A stretch of 46,685 bases of DNA from Sarea resinae (Eukaryota), in NCBI GenBank assembly GCA_026026165.1, contig JAPEUD010000116.1:1-46685 (forward strand). The letters run 5' to 3'. Below, piece after piece: positions 1 through 12,334 of this stretch; position 1 is the first letter of the stretch; each line of letters opens with the position of its first letter. A program made the translations under genes and the position numbers. The notes under the pieces were generated by a model, which ran no database searches, had not been told where the DNA came from, and worked only from the letters and a program-made list of their open reading frames with translations.

Positions 1-993
1 GGCCAGGCCAGGCCAGTACAGAGAAGAGACAGATAGGAGTGCGTCCTTTTCTTCGTAAATCTATCTTGTTTCAACTTCCATTCCATTTGCATTTCCATTC
101 GAGCTTTTGTGATTCAATCCCGGAAAGCTCAGGTATCTTATAGATATCCAACGAATGTGAAAAAAAAAAGGAACCAGAGGTAGACATATGGATGCCCCGA
201 GGATCTGATCTCATTTCATTCATTTACTTGCAATGATGCGTCCGTCTATGCTTATGCCCATGTTTATGTCTATGTTTATGTTGATTGATGCCTATGTGAC
301 GCTGATGGTGCTGCTATTCAGCAACTCTCTCTCTAGCTAGGTTAGCTTCCGTGCTGCTTTCGCTTTACACTTCGTCTTGATCCATCCATCCATGCCGTCT
401 GCCTGGGTCATATCATATCGTATCGTGAACGGTGAGACTTCATTTTTCCTTCCTTCAAGCGCATGACAAGCCTTGCTAGGCCCCACCGTCATTCACACTC
501 GATCCAAAGACCCAAGCTCATTATCCAGCTCATATGATTCATGAACTTCCCCGCCTTCCTAGCTTTCCTAAATACCACCCATACATTTCTCTCATTCTGC
601 TCATTCTCTCATTCGTTCATATTCCCTTTGCCCTTCCCAAGATAACGCCGGAGAAAGAAAAAAGATGGACCCCCGAATTTGTGTTTTTCCCTCATTCTGT
701 ACAAGGTCGCAAAATGCGGAAGAAAAAGAACAAGAAGGTGGAAGGTTGTCGGAAAAGGATTGGTCTCGTGTCGTCGGAAAGGGTTCGGTGGCTCGTGTCT
801 AGTCGGAGATCGCGAGAAGTAGCCGATGTTGTTGTAGTTGTGAGGTTGGTCTGAAGGGGTGGGTACGCCGACGTTGATGTTGGTGCGGATGACGGTGGTG
901 ACGATGCTCATATGAAGATGCCGATGCTCGCTGAAGAAGGGAAAGAGAAAAGAGCAGAAATACTCTTAGACGCGCAGTAAAGAAGTCATTTAA

Positions 994-1978
994 TCATTCT
1001 CCTTCCTCTTCATCCGTCAAAGCCTTCTCGATGAGATGCATGCTCAATATCATAACCAACAAGCCAATTGTCACGATGATCAACAGCGCAAAACTGAACC
1101 ATCCCAAGATCATGGCTGACGTGCCCACGCCGCTCTTGACGCTGCCATTGCCCAGGTCTTGCGCGATTGTCGACGCCGCCACCGATGCCGTGTGCTGCCA
1201 GAGTACGGACACTAGCACAAATATGGCGGAGATGAAGACTAGCGCCAGTGCGACTTGGGATACCGCGCGCGATGGGAAGAACTTGCGCTGTTGCTCTCCG
1301 TCTTCGCCTTCTTCTTCGTGCCAGGCGGGAAAGGTGGCAAGCAAGATAAAGGTGACGAATGCGAGTATGATCGCGACAATGCTATCGATTGATTAGCAAA
1401 AGCAAAGATAAAAGAATCCTGGACCTAGACTTACATGAGGTATGGAAAGACGATCGAGTCCTTGAACGTACTCGACACCCAGATCAAATTCAACGGATCC
1501 TGATCCACTGACACTTGCCCGGCCAGACTGGTTGCATTGTTGGAGCAGAGCCAGGATCCCCCGTCGGGATTGACGCAGATGCCGAAATAGCCCACTCGGA
1601 CTTCCAACACAGCCCGACCGACGACATTGGCGATTGCCGCCGTGACTCCGGGGTCAACTTGTGCAGTGCTGTATGTGGGTCTGTAAGGCTCATAGTAGAG
1701 AGAGATGAGGAAAATGCCGGGTATTAAAGGCGATGAAGACGAGCATCCTGCTAGTAGTAGAGCTGGAGACTTTGTTAGCTTCAGACCGACAAACTGGGAA
1801 TATCTTCGCAAGCTTACAGAGTAAGATGATGGCGATGGCGATGAGAATCATCAACACATGGTGGTACCCGAACATTGGAATGAGCCCTGCAGAAATGTTA
1901 GCACGTTTTTCTTGCCATGTGCTGCGCTCACAACAGAGACATACTCTGGAAGCCCACAGCGAATCGCCCCTCAGCCAT
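994..1978 (-). CDS. FIG1: Fig1 family Ca2+ influx / mating membrane-fusion protein, 4 exons (1945-1978, 1818-1886, 1435-1762, 994-1381)
   Basis: Spliced product begins MAEGRFAVGFQRLIPMFGYHHVLMILIAIAIILLSLLLAGCS and contains VRVGYFGIC...WLCS...DQDPLNLI, LATFPAWH and VLWQHTASVAA, typical of Pezizomycotina Fig1; GT-AG introns with branch sites keep the frame. Confidence 0.92.
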
Positions 1979-3259
1979 ACCAATTCTGCCCCTCTAATTC
2001 TCAAAGCTGCTGGATTTCTTTGGCGAAATCCTTTGACTGCTGTACTCCTCGTCCTCCGAAGAGGAGTGGTCCGAAGAATGAGACCTTCAGTCTGTGAGTG
2101 GCCGAGCCGTTCAACCGCGGAATGCTGTAGGGATCGGAGATTCTTGGAGAAGCAAGCCCGATAGAGGTCTTCTCGAAAGTATCGTCGGCTTTGTGACGCT
2201 GTCGGATTGTGGAATGCAAATCGGATCACAGTGGTAGTGAGGTCGAAGCGACGGAAGGATGTGGACTGCAATCCTCAAGTTTGTCAGAAGTATGATTCTT
2301 CGAACGGAATGCAGAGTGGAGAGTTTGGATATGGGAAGAAGAGAGGGAGGAGGAAGGAGAGAGGAGAGGTAGCTCGTATGTAGGTCTTGTTAGAAAATGG
2401 CTGCGCAAGAATAGCTTAACTGTCTCATAGTGCCGTGATTGAATGGTTCAATGGAGAAGAAATTCATGAGGCCGGCCAGCCACCGGAATAGTAGGTCGGT
2501 CGAGATCCGGGGGGTACGTACCCTGCGGGTGTCAACAATGACGCCGCCGCTGGGCAGGGGCCTGGCTGGGTAACCACCTCGCTTGCGGCTCTTAGCGCGG
2601 CCAGGCGGTCGTCAAGCATTGGGCCGACCAATCACATGTCGCCCCGACGTGAATCCCCCGACACTCGGCTCCGGCGCTAGTTGCTCGCTACCCCTTGCCC
2701 CTGTCCGCCTCCCCAACCTCCTCCTCTTCCTCTTCCACCCACCCACTCACCCAGCACCGTAGCCGTTTGGGTTACGGCCACTGTCATATCTCGCGAAATC
2801 TCCTCGTGGAGCCTGCCTATTAAAACTAGAGCCACTGCCTCTCCTTAAACGCCTCGATGCTGACGTGTTCCATGGATACGTGGACTGAAACACTGTCATA
2901 CTGACTTCGCTACGCCGACCAAGTGCGAATGCAAAGGACGAATACTCCGTACAATGCTTTTTCCAAAGCTCTTTTACTCTTGTGAACTGCTGTTGCATGG
3001 AAAAAGATAAGGCATTTCTTGTCGCCTCATGCATGGCTCAATCAAGCCCAAAAATGCGTTGTGCCATTCGCCAATGGGTATAACGACCAGAACAAAATGC
3101 AGACCCGACGCTCGAGGCATACATAGCATTGACGCCAAATGATACCTGTAACCCGTTCCGAAGAACGACTCTTCAAAACGATGGTGAGATGAACCAGAAT
3201 AACAATACCATTCGCGAGACCAAACGCGCCAAAGTTCCCCTCTGATGACCCCCAACACC

Positions 3260-5633
3260 TTACCGAGGCACAAAAGCGAACTTTCCCAAATCCAAAGAAG
3301 GCTTGACTTTCACTGGCGTACCCAGCTCCCCATCCGATTCGTACTCACTATCTGATACGATCAGATCTTCGCTTCCCTTACCTTTCATCTCGGACAAAAT
3401 TGGATCTGGAGGCTCCAATCCGTCAGAGGCAAGCACTACTTCTACAGCATCGGTAGACACTGAATTCAAGTCGTTCCTCTGTTCGAGCTCGCCCTTGGAG
3501 GGAAGATCTGGCAACCCAGAGGCTTGCATGTCTCGTCCTCGCGATGCAGTTGTTTTTAGCTGTTCTGGAGAGACTGGCTCTAAAACGTCACTCGTAGATG
3601 GCCCTGAGGAGGCTCTCTGCACCTTGTAATCCTTCCTAGTCTTTGTTTCCTGATTTGTCATGATCTCAGATTGTTTCGTCAAGCAAGACTTCGACCCTTT
3701 TGCAAGCGGTGTGTATGAGAACTTGTCCCTCAGGGCCTGCAATTCGGCCGAAACATGGTGATCGAACACAGATGAACCAGATCCGACCGAAAATGGGGAT
3801 GTATCTTTCCCGTGAGACTTTGAAGCATGAATCGGGGTATCGTCATAGTTGCGACCAGGCTTTGCAATGCTTCGATTGTCAGTGGGTTTCTGTGGCCGAG
3901 ACTTGCAAGCAATAGACTGTCCTTGAAAAATTGGCACTTTCGGCTTCTTGGATGAGACAAGAGAATCGGACACGTCTGGAAGATTTGCCATGATGTCATC
4001 TACCGAGTCATCAGACCATAGATTGGCATTTGAGCCTTTTGTAGTATTATGCCCGCTAGACTTTCTGATCGACGGACTCGGTTCTGGGGCACTGCTCGAG
4101 AAGAAGCGGCTCCTACCAATTTCTCCCTTGGTAGCGGTTGAGCTTTTCTCATCAGCGTCGGAAAGTAGTCTCGCTCGCTTTTGCGGAATAGACGCCACAG
4201 CGCCTCGAGTAGAATGTACGCCTCTTTGGGGCGCGGCAGGAGCTGATGCTGGAACGGTAGGCCCGCGACGATGTAGCGCTGTAGCAGGGTTGACTACTCG
4301 AGACGTTGCAGGACTGGCCGACCAAGAAGCATTGGGGCGTTGTAACAAACGTTGCTGGCTCGGCGAAGGCGTGAAGCTGTTCGGATCGAGCTCTGCCAAT
4401 GGCGTTCGTTTGTTTTCAAAAAAGGAATCAATGGGCTTGTTGCCCTTGAGATCTACTAGACCAGGCCTAGTAGAGTGCCTGTTCACAGAAACTCTAGGTG
4501 TAGATAGGCTTCTGGGCTGTACGATCAAGGGCTCTTTTGTCATCGGATGAAGATCTCCACGGGCCACACCCATTGCAACTTCAGGTTCGACGTATTTGCC
4601 GATGAATTGCATCTCATCCGTATCAATCTCTTCGCTCGGCTCGGTATACATGACCAGACATTTGGCATGAGGACAAAACACCCGTTGATGAAGAAAGGTC
4701 AGCTCCGCTTGACGGAAGGCTTCCAGATATCCAGAAGGCACTCGGTGTTGTCCGTCAAATTGGACTGAGTGGAGGACTTTTTCCACAGTCTTGTGCTTTC
4801 GCACGAGCCGATAGGCAGTCTTCAATCCTAGCCCGTTCATGCTCGTCAGATAATCGCACCCGCTAAGTATGGCCATGCGTCTAAATTCTGTATCCGTCCA
4901 GCCCGCCAAATTGATCTCCCGACATGCCGTGAAGTCATTGCGGCGAATCTCCACGCAGTTCCCGTATCTATCCAGCTTCGTCAAGAGATGTTTGGCACCA
5001 AAGACCAGGAGATCTGAGTCCTCGGACAGTATACCATCTATAATCCCTTTCCTTTCCAAGTACGCAAGCTGGGAATCAGCCTCATAAGGGGCGACAATAT
5101 AATCAACACCCATCGCTTTCAGCTCCTCGATGAGTTGCCTTGCCATTTCAGGGCTAACATCGACTGCTTTTTGCAGCTCCTGATGAGCTTGCGACTTCTT
5201 CCCAAGCTTGTACAATTCTAGGCCTAGCCTCTTGCTCTCTTCTCGTGACCTTGCTCGCTGCTCTTCAGTGGCAGCCTTGCTTGGAAGATAATCTCCATCA
5301 AAGACGAGGTAAGGTGTCACCCCAAAGTGGATCAGCATTCGTACACGGTGCAAGGCAAAATCGACGAATCTGAATGCTTATTAGCCTACACTTTGTGGAG
5401 AGAATGGGTAAGGCCTTATACTTGGTTGTCTGTTGCCCGAGAGCGAGCTCAATGGCACACGCCACGGTTCCCCTATGCAGCCAGCCATAGGCATCGACTC
5501 CAATTGTCTGTCCGGCAAATTGCTTGAGATTGGAGGGTCGATGAATTGACTTCAGGAGAGGGAGAAGGCCTTATTTTACGTGTCAGCAGCGCTCAATGTT
5601 CCTGAAATGCATGCACTTACCGGAGATGCCCAT
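3260..5633 (-). CDS. EXO1: Exonuclease 1 (XPG/Rad2 family), 3 exons (5621-5633, 5422-5569, 3260-5369)
   Basis: MGISGLLPLLKSI..GVDAYGWLHRG N-domain; LVFDGDYLPSK, APYEADSQLAYL, SEDSDLLVFG, AILSGCDYL..GLGLKTA I-domain; long disordered tail with an SRFF motif. Confidence 0.96.
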
Positions 5634-5794
5634 GGCGGCACTTTAAGCGCCCGAGCACACGAGCATACGTTGCTCTGTTGATAGCTCTCTTGGTCTTGGG
5701 ATAATTTGAAGGTCTTGCACCAATTCCCAATGTCCAGAAGACAACGAGCAATGATGAGCTAGAAAGCAAAGAGCAATTCGAGTCCGTGGAACTG

Positions 5795-5896
5795 GCGCGT
5801 CCAAGGTGGATGACGACGATCTCGCTCGAAGTTGTTGTGGCACGAAGCAAGGGACGAGCTAGGGAATCATAACGCGTAGACGCAGACCAGACGCGA
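5795..5896. promoter_or_regulatory. MCB-like elements in the EXO1/TMA16 divergent promoter
   Basis: GCGCGT 5795, ACGCGT 5872, ACGCGA 5891. Confidence 0.55.
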
Positions 5897-6127
5897 AGGA
5901 AGGCGTAGCCGAGGGGGACGGGGAACTCGAGAAGCGACCTCGAGGCGGTCTATGTCCTCCACTGCCTTCGCCAAATTCTGCCAACATTATTATTGTCGAG
6001 GGAATTGTGCTACGAAAGGACAGAGGAAAACTTGGACGACCCCGACCATCGAGTAGACTACCTTATCTATCCCATCTCCACGACTAATCTCCCTCGGCCT
6101 CTCGAACTTCGCATCTTCATACTCGCA

Positions 6128-6767
6128 ATGCCGAAAAGCTTGTCAAAGGTGCAGAAGCACATCGTCAAGAAGCGGGGAGGCAAAGCAACCAGTCTCCATG
6201 AGAACAGCAGAGACTCGCAAAGGCTTCGTCGGGCGGGCGCGCGCGATGACAAGATAGCAAAGGTGTCCGCCTCAAGAGCCAAGTCGAACCGGCCTCACCG
6301 TATGTGTCCTCGAGTGACGTGATGTGTGATATGCGCTCACCACAAAACTAGTGCGCCGGATCGTTTTCTTCCAAGACGCCGCCGAAGAGACGACTGAACC
6401 ATTTACGTTGCAAGGCGTGCAGGCGCTCATCCAGAGGTTAGTAGGCGAGTCCCTGGTGAGCGCTACAAGGCTGATTGTGTTCAGATATATTGGCCGAGAC
6501 GATGAAGAGCTCGCGAAATTAAAGAAGGAAAGGCGGCCGGGCAGACCGTCGAGTGCGCGGGAAGACGTTCTCAAACTCAGCATTGCGACGGAAGAGAGGG
6601 AATATGAGACGGGTTACTGGGTGCCCGATATGGAAGACGCAGACAACGTCGATGATCTAAAGCGATGGACGGGAGATTGGTCTGCGCTCAATACGCTGAA
6701 GTTTGTTCGCATCTCCAGCACCGGAGTGAAGCATATATCTAGCTTTCCTCCCAAGGGGGAGTCTTGA
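6128..6767 (+). CDS. TMA16: Translation machinery-associated protein 16, 3 exons (6128-6299, 6352-6436, 6485-6767)
   Basis: MPKSLSKVQKHIVKK..LHENSRDSQRLRRA, YIGRDDEELAKLKKERRPGRP, EYETGYWVPD; canonical introns. Confidence 0.9.
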
Positions 6768-7181
6768 CCATGGTTTCGGAGCATCCTACTTCTAAGCTTT
6801 TCCTGTTCATTTTGGCATCATGGATGGCGTCTCGGGATTTCAGCATAGAGTACGGTATGGGGAAAGGGACAGAAATTGGGAGTTGGTCTGGGCTGAGTCT
6901 CTATCGCCATGGAAATGTCTTTTTGCGCAGCTACAGTAGATAACAGTACTCAGTACTTATTCAGATCGCTGGAGGTTGCCGGATCAAAAGGTAGTCGCTA
7001 CTGATAGACCAGGTACCTGCTCCGTGCACGGTACGTAGATACGTCGGAATGAGCTAATAGGAAACTTATGCTCATACCTTCCTAGAGCTTCAATCCTTCC
7101 CTGACTTCCAATCCTTCTATCGAAACATCCCCGACCACTTCAAATCATCATCTTCATCATCATCCAGAGCCTTCATTCACC

Positions 7182-8440
7182 ATGATGTCCCTTCGTGCTT
7201 TCTCCCGTTCGGCCCCTCGAACACTCTCTCGCCTTTCTGCTCCCGCAGTATGCCGGCCTCTTTCCGCCGCCGTTCGACAGCCTGCTCTTCTCCAAGCCTC
7301 ATGGAAGCAAGCAGCTCGACCCAGCCTTGCCGCTGCTTTCTCGACCTCGAGATCACGATGCGAGAAGGAGGGTGAAGGTGAGCGGGGAAAATCTCTTACT
7401 CATTCGCCATGCACTATAGCTAAGACTGACCTTTTCAGTCGACCAGGAACTGGTTGCCAAGTTCGAGTCCGAGCTACAGATGGAGAAGGAGATGAGAGAT
7501 CCGGAGGAAGTACCCGTTAGCGTCAAGGATTATCTGGAGAACGGTCCCTTTGAGGTTCGTCCAAAGTATTGTGCTCGGCGCCGTAGCACCATCTAATTAT
7601 TTACAGCTCAAGGACACTCCCGGAGAAGAGGAAGTGGTTCTGACCCGCAAATTCGGCGACGAAAAGTATGCGACCACCGTCCTTACATCTCTTCTCAGTG
7701 TCCCACCAAACACTAACATCTTCCTCAGTATCCGTATCACCTTCTCCATCGCCGACCTCAACACCCTCGATCAAGACCCCGACCGCTTCGACGACCAAGC
7801 CCAGTACGACGAAGAAGACGCCGAACTCGACGGGCAATCCGGCGGTGCCAACACCAAGGGCTCCGTGAACCAAGGCCAGACTGCAGGCGGCAACATCAAA
7901 GTGGCGCCCGAAGACCGTGTCGCGCCCGCCGACCGGCCCGAACTCCGAGACGACGAGGGCGTGGAAGAAGACGAAGCCGGCGAGGAAGGCGAGACGTCGT
8001 TCCCGGCGCGCGTCAACGTCACCATCGAGAAGGCCGGCGGCAAGGGCGCTCTCCAGATCGAGACCGTCGCACAGGACGGCATGATTGTCATTGACAATGT
8101 GTATTTCTTCCCGAGCGCAGATCTGGCGGACGCGCCGACGGCCGAGAAGGACTGGGCCCGTCGCGCCCTGTACACGGGCCCGCCGTTTGGCAACCTCGAC
8201 GAGGATCTGCAGGTCCTCCTCGAGCGCTATCTGGATGAGAGGGGCGTCAACACCGCCTTGGCGCTCTTCGTACCCGATTATATTGACTTTAAGGAGCAGA
8301 GGGAGTATTTGCGGTGGTTGTCCAGTATGTTGAATCCTCCCCTTTTTACTTTCTGGTGCCATGCCTCAAGCGCCTTCCCGAAACGCGAATCTATACTAAT
8401 CTCCTTTTCTACAGACGTCAAGTCCTTCGTCGAAGCTTAA
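7182..8440 (+). CDS. MAM33: Mitochondrial acidic matrix protein (MAM33/C1QBP family), 5 exons (7182-7377, 7439-7554, 7607-7665, 7729-8324, 8415-8440)
   Basis: Arg/Ser/Ala-rich presequence; YTGPPFGNLDEDLQVLLERYLDERGVN..KEQREYLRWL signature. Confidence 0.95.
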
Positions 8441-8784
8441 GCGCATCTTGAATCTAGCCGAGAGCAATCTAATACCTCAAAGAAAAAATAGGAACGGTCC
8501 CGGGGGACGAACGTCGCTGTTGCTGTTGCTCTTACTGTGACGAGACCTAATGATACAAGACGGAACAAGGGTGGAGTGAGCTATGCCGGGGCCCGGTGCG
8601 GTGCAGGACAGGACATGACAGGATGTGGCAGAGAAGGGCAGGAAAGCGAAGGATGGACAGCTTACCCCCCCTCTTCAGGTACCTTATAATCTCCTCTGAT
8701 AATCATCTATCATCCCCCACCAAAAAAAAGTCTTTACTTCACCACTATATTCTCATTTTTCTCAATCATCGTCGTCCCCCGTGG

Positions 8785-8819
8785 TGTATGTGTATGTGTA
8801 TGTGTATGTGTACGTGTAT
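8785..8819 (+). repeat. (GTATGT)n microsatellite; nearby (TAGGACG)3 at ~8987-9007, CAG/CAA run at ~9241-9265 and TTTCA/TTTCG pentamers at ~9590-9645
   Basis: Read directly in the MAM33-SLD2 convergent spacer. Confidence 0.85.
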
Positions 8820-9638
8820 TTGGAGCAAAGAAATACCGTTTTCATCTACTCGTCTTTCTTCCTTCCGCTTGGTCTGCTGTTCTGTGTGGTGGAAGGGCGA
8901 CGGGCTAGAGTTGTTGTAGCAGGTGAGCGAGCGAGTGGAGGTAGGCAATAGGGTATATAGGAAGACGAGGTGAGGAGAGGTGTATATAGGACGTAGGACG
9001 TAGGACGTTAGGAAATCCGCTTGGGATAGGGGCAGTTTTCTGGCATATAGAGCTCTGCTAATGCTACTCCTCCTTCTACTCCTCCTTCTCCTGTTCGTAC
9101 TTCACTCCCTCACTCCCTCATCAAGAGAAATCGAGACAAGAACCCAATTTCAACAACACACATGCAGAGTCCACAATATGTGTAATATCTAACCTGAATT
9201 GCATACCGACCCCTCTTCGCCCCTCCCTTTGGCTATAATAGCAACAGCAGCAACAGCAGCAGCAATGATGGCCCGGTATCCCTACATACACGTAGACAGG
9301 AGTCCCACACCAGCGAGAAACACGTACGAAGGTACTCCCCCCCAGCGTGCGCGCGCACACACAAGATCCGAGAACGTCAGCCTGCAAAGTAGTGGAGGAA
9401 ACGCCCAAGAAAGATCCCACGCGAGTCACGGCATGGTAGGTACGGCGGCGAAGTGTCCGACATGCCCTAGACACCGCCAGAAGATAGATACGCTGGTGCA
9501 CTAATACCAGTACCGGGCATCGAAGCCGTCACGATCGAACCGACCAACCAACCAGTCCAGAACTCCAGCCTTTTTGACCATCAGGATCATTTTGCATTGC
9601 GTTTCGTTTCATTTCATTTCATCTCGTTTCATCTCGTT

Positions 9639-11466
9639 TCATTTCCTCCTCCCGAACCTCCCACCGCCGCCGCCGCCGCCGCCGCCCTTGGCGCCCTTAT
9701 TCCTGAGTTTCAGCCGCCGGAAATTCGCGTGGGCGACGGCTGCGGCGCTGGTTTTGCGCACGGCGTTGGCGACGGTGGCCCCGATGCTGGGTTTGCTCGG
9801 CGCTGGATCCGCCTTGGCTGTTTCCTTTTCTTTTGCTTGTGCTTTGGCGTTCGTTTTGGCGCTCCCGGTATTGGAGAGAGGCGGTGGAAGAGGAAGATGG
9901 TGGGTCGGAGATAGCTTGCGGCGTTTGCTCGGCGATGGGATGTCGGCCGTGTCGTGGGCAAGGGAGGAATGTCCGGGCGATGGGGGCGCGTAGTCTGCGT
10001 CTGGGTCTCTCTCTTCGTCTTGGTCTGGCTTTTGATGTTCGGACTCGGTTGCATGTTCGGGCCCGTTTTCGGATTCTGTTTCGTCCTCGTTCTCTTCGGG
10101 GATAGACGCTGCGGTGAGGGTGGGAGGTCTGGCTGTGTGCCGGACAGGTCGTACTGCGGATAAGAAAAAAAAGATTAGTGCCGGCAAGCGGTGGAGGGGA
10201 ACTAAGATGGAACATGATCAAGGAGAAGTGGTCTGTAAAAGGGTGAAACACACAAAGAACTCGGCGCGTCGTGCGCTTCTGGCCCCTCTTCTTCCACACT
10301 TTGAGCGGCTTGCCGTTTCTGTCCAGGCCTTCCTTCTTCAATTCCTCATCCTCGTCCTCGTCTTCGTCTTCTTCGTGTATGGGCAGTAAGGAGGACGAAG
10401 CGGCTTGGCTGTCCTCAACTAGGACTTGAGAGGGCCTGGAACGCCCCAAGGACGAGGCATCGTCTGTTTGGCCCTCGAACTCGTGCATGAGCTCCATCTC
10501 TTCGTCTAATTTCTCGTCTTCCATCTTCCGCAGTCCGGCGAGCATGCTGCTAAGACTCCTGACGAGAGGTCTCCTCTGGGGCATCCTAACGGCCACGGGA
10601 GAAGTTTCCCCTTCTTCGGTCACATGGGGCAGACGTTGGCTGTCTCGCCTCAGGAATGAAGGCGTAGAGAAATGCTTCCTTGAATTAGTGGTTGAAGGCG
10701 TGCCTGCTTCGCTTGTCGTGCCAGCATCGCCGCCGCCGCGTTTACGCTTCATAGGTGTGGCAAAGGTGTCTAGGAAGAATCGCTTGCTGGCCGACGTCGG
10801 CGTCCTGTTGGCTCGATGGCCTGTTTCAGGGGCATTATCGAGATCTAGGACATTCGCGGTGCGGCGTCTACTCGGGGTTGCCAGAATATACCCTTGCGCG
10901 TTACCCGCGACGCCTTCTAGTGGGGTTCTGTTCATTGACTTCATGGGTGTCTCCTCTCCGGGTAAAAGATCGAACAGACCAAGTACTTGTCCATCCTTTT
11001 GGGGTGTGGGACCGATGGCGGTGCGTTTGTGCGATGATGGGGTGAAGAGCTTGCGAACCGAGGCGGGTGAGTCGTATAGATCGAGGGTTGAGGGATGGAT
11101 GGTCTTTGACGGAGTGACATCCGGGAGACGTTGGGTGCGGTGGTGACGAGGCGTCTGCGAAGGCGTGGTATGTTGAGCTTTGCGCTTGTGAGAGGCCTTT
11201 TTGGCGGAGGGTGTTGCTTGAGTCGGCTTTTGAGAATGGGGATCACGCAATTTGTTGTACTCTTTGTATTTGGATGCTTGAACGCGTCAGTTCTTGAAGG
11301 ATCCAACATGTTCGTGAGTAGTCATACCAATGGTCGCATCCTTTTTGATGTCGTCCCGTCCCGGTTTGCGGCCATGGCGGTCTGCGAAGAGCTTCTCCCA
11401 CTCCTTCAATTCATGGCGAAGGTTCGTGGAAGCTAAATCGGCATCGTGGTCGGCATCAAGAGACAT
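9639..11466 (-). CDS. SLD2: DNA replication regulator Sld2/Drc1, 3 exons (11328-11466, 10254-11276, 9639-10153)
   Basis: LRHELKEWEKLFADRHGRKPGRDDIK..ASKYKEYNKLR N-terminus, IGPTPQKDGQVLGLFDLL, many S/T-P CDK sites, KKRGQKRTTRRV and HANFRRLKLRNK..RFGRRK C-terminus. Confidence 0.92.
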
Positions 11467-11592
11467 GATGGATAGTTGCTTGATGGGAGAAGCCCATGCA
11501 TGGACAGTTGATAATCAATACAGAGCAGGCAGTTCTAGAGTGGAGAGCGAGGAAGACGACGACCAGGTTGGGTGTTGCACAGTCAATGGGTG

Positions 11593-11639
11593 ACGCGATA
11601 GACGCGACTCGGATAAGTGAGGTGCGTGACTTCACGCGT
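11593..11639. promoter_or_regulatory. MCB-like elements in the SLD2/DUF167 divergent promoter
   Basis: ACGCGA 11593, ACGCGA 11602, ACGCGT 11634. Confidence 0.65.
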
Positions 11640-11774
11640 CATGGTAGCCCGGCTAATCTGAGGCATCAATATAGAACGGGGACTACCGGTTCGGATGTCA
11701 CGATAGTAATCCATACAACCTCTTCGGTGGTAGGTATTGTTGATAACCCCAGAGCCTCCTAGCCCAGACCTTTC

Positions 11775-12217
11775 ATGATGAGCGGCCCAGCAATACGATT
11801 CGTGCTGCCAAAGAGCAGTGGTAAAGGCGCAAAAGCTGCCATCCGCTCAGTCGGATCAATCTACCTCTCCTGCCGCGTCAAGCCGCATGGAAAGGAAGAC
11901 GGCATCACCTCGGTGGCGGAAGATCAGATTAGACTCTCGGTTGCTGCTCGCCCCAAAGATGATGAGTCGAACATGGCAGTGGTAGGGCTGGTCAGTAAGG
12001 TACGGCAGCTGCGAAGAATTTAGGAGCCATTGTCTTGATGTCACGCTCATTACGAATGCAGGTCTTGGGGGTGCCGAAGTCAGATGTGCAGATCCCCAAA
12101 GGTTCGAGGAGGCGCACGAATAAGACAGTTGTCATCGAGAATATTGATACCGGCCCCGACGAGGAATTATATATTGAAAGTCTTAGGAAAAGACTCGAAG
12201 ACGCTGTGATCAAATGA
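11775..12217 (+). CDS. DUF167 / UPF0235 (YggU-like) protein, 2 exons (11775-11999, 12062-12217)
   Basis: IYLSCRVKP..EDGITSV..LSVAARPKDDESNMAV..SKVLGVPKSDVQI..G pattern; GTACGG..CAG intron in phase 0. Confidence 0.85.
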
Positions 12218-12334
12218 TATCCCCGAACCCGGGCAGTGCTCATAAATGCGTCCACATGCTGTCCTACAGAGAGACCCCTGAACTCCAACTTCAACCTTGA
12301 ACGCCGCCTCCTCAAGAATAATACAACGACGTTC

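Noticed and set aside
609..911. 100-aa ORF downstream of FIG1
   Set aside because: Lies in the probable 3' UTR, low complexity, no recognisable family
5993..6127. In-frame upstream extension of TMA16 (likewise 41571-41678 for the MBA1-like gene)
   Set aside because: Short enough to be chance, no targeting-like motif, and the downstream AUG gives the expected N-terminus
7601..8362. 253-aa antisense ORF over MAM33 (similar ones lie over EXO1, SLD2 and GCD6)
   Set aside because: Antisense shadows of real GC-rich exons
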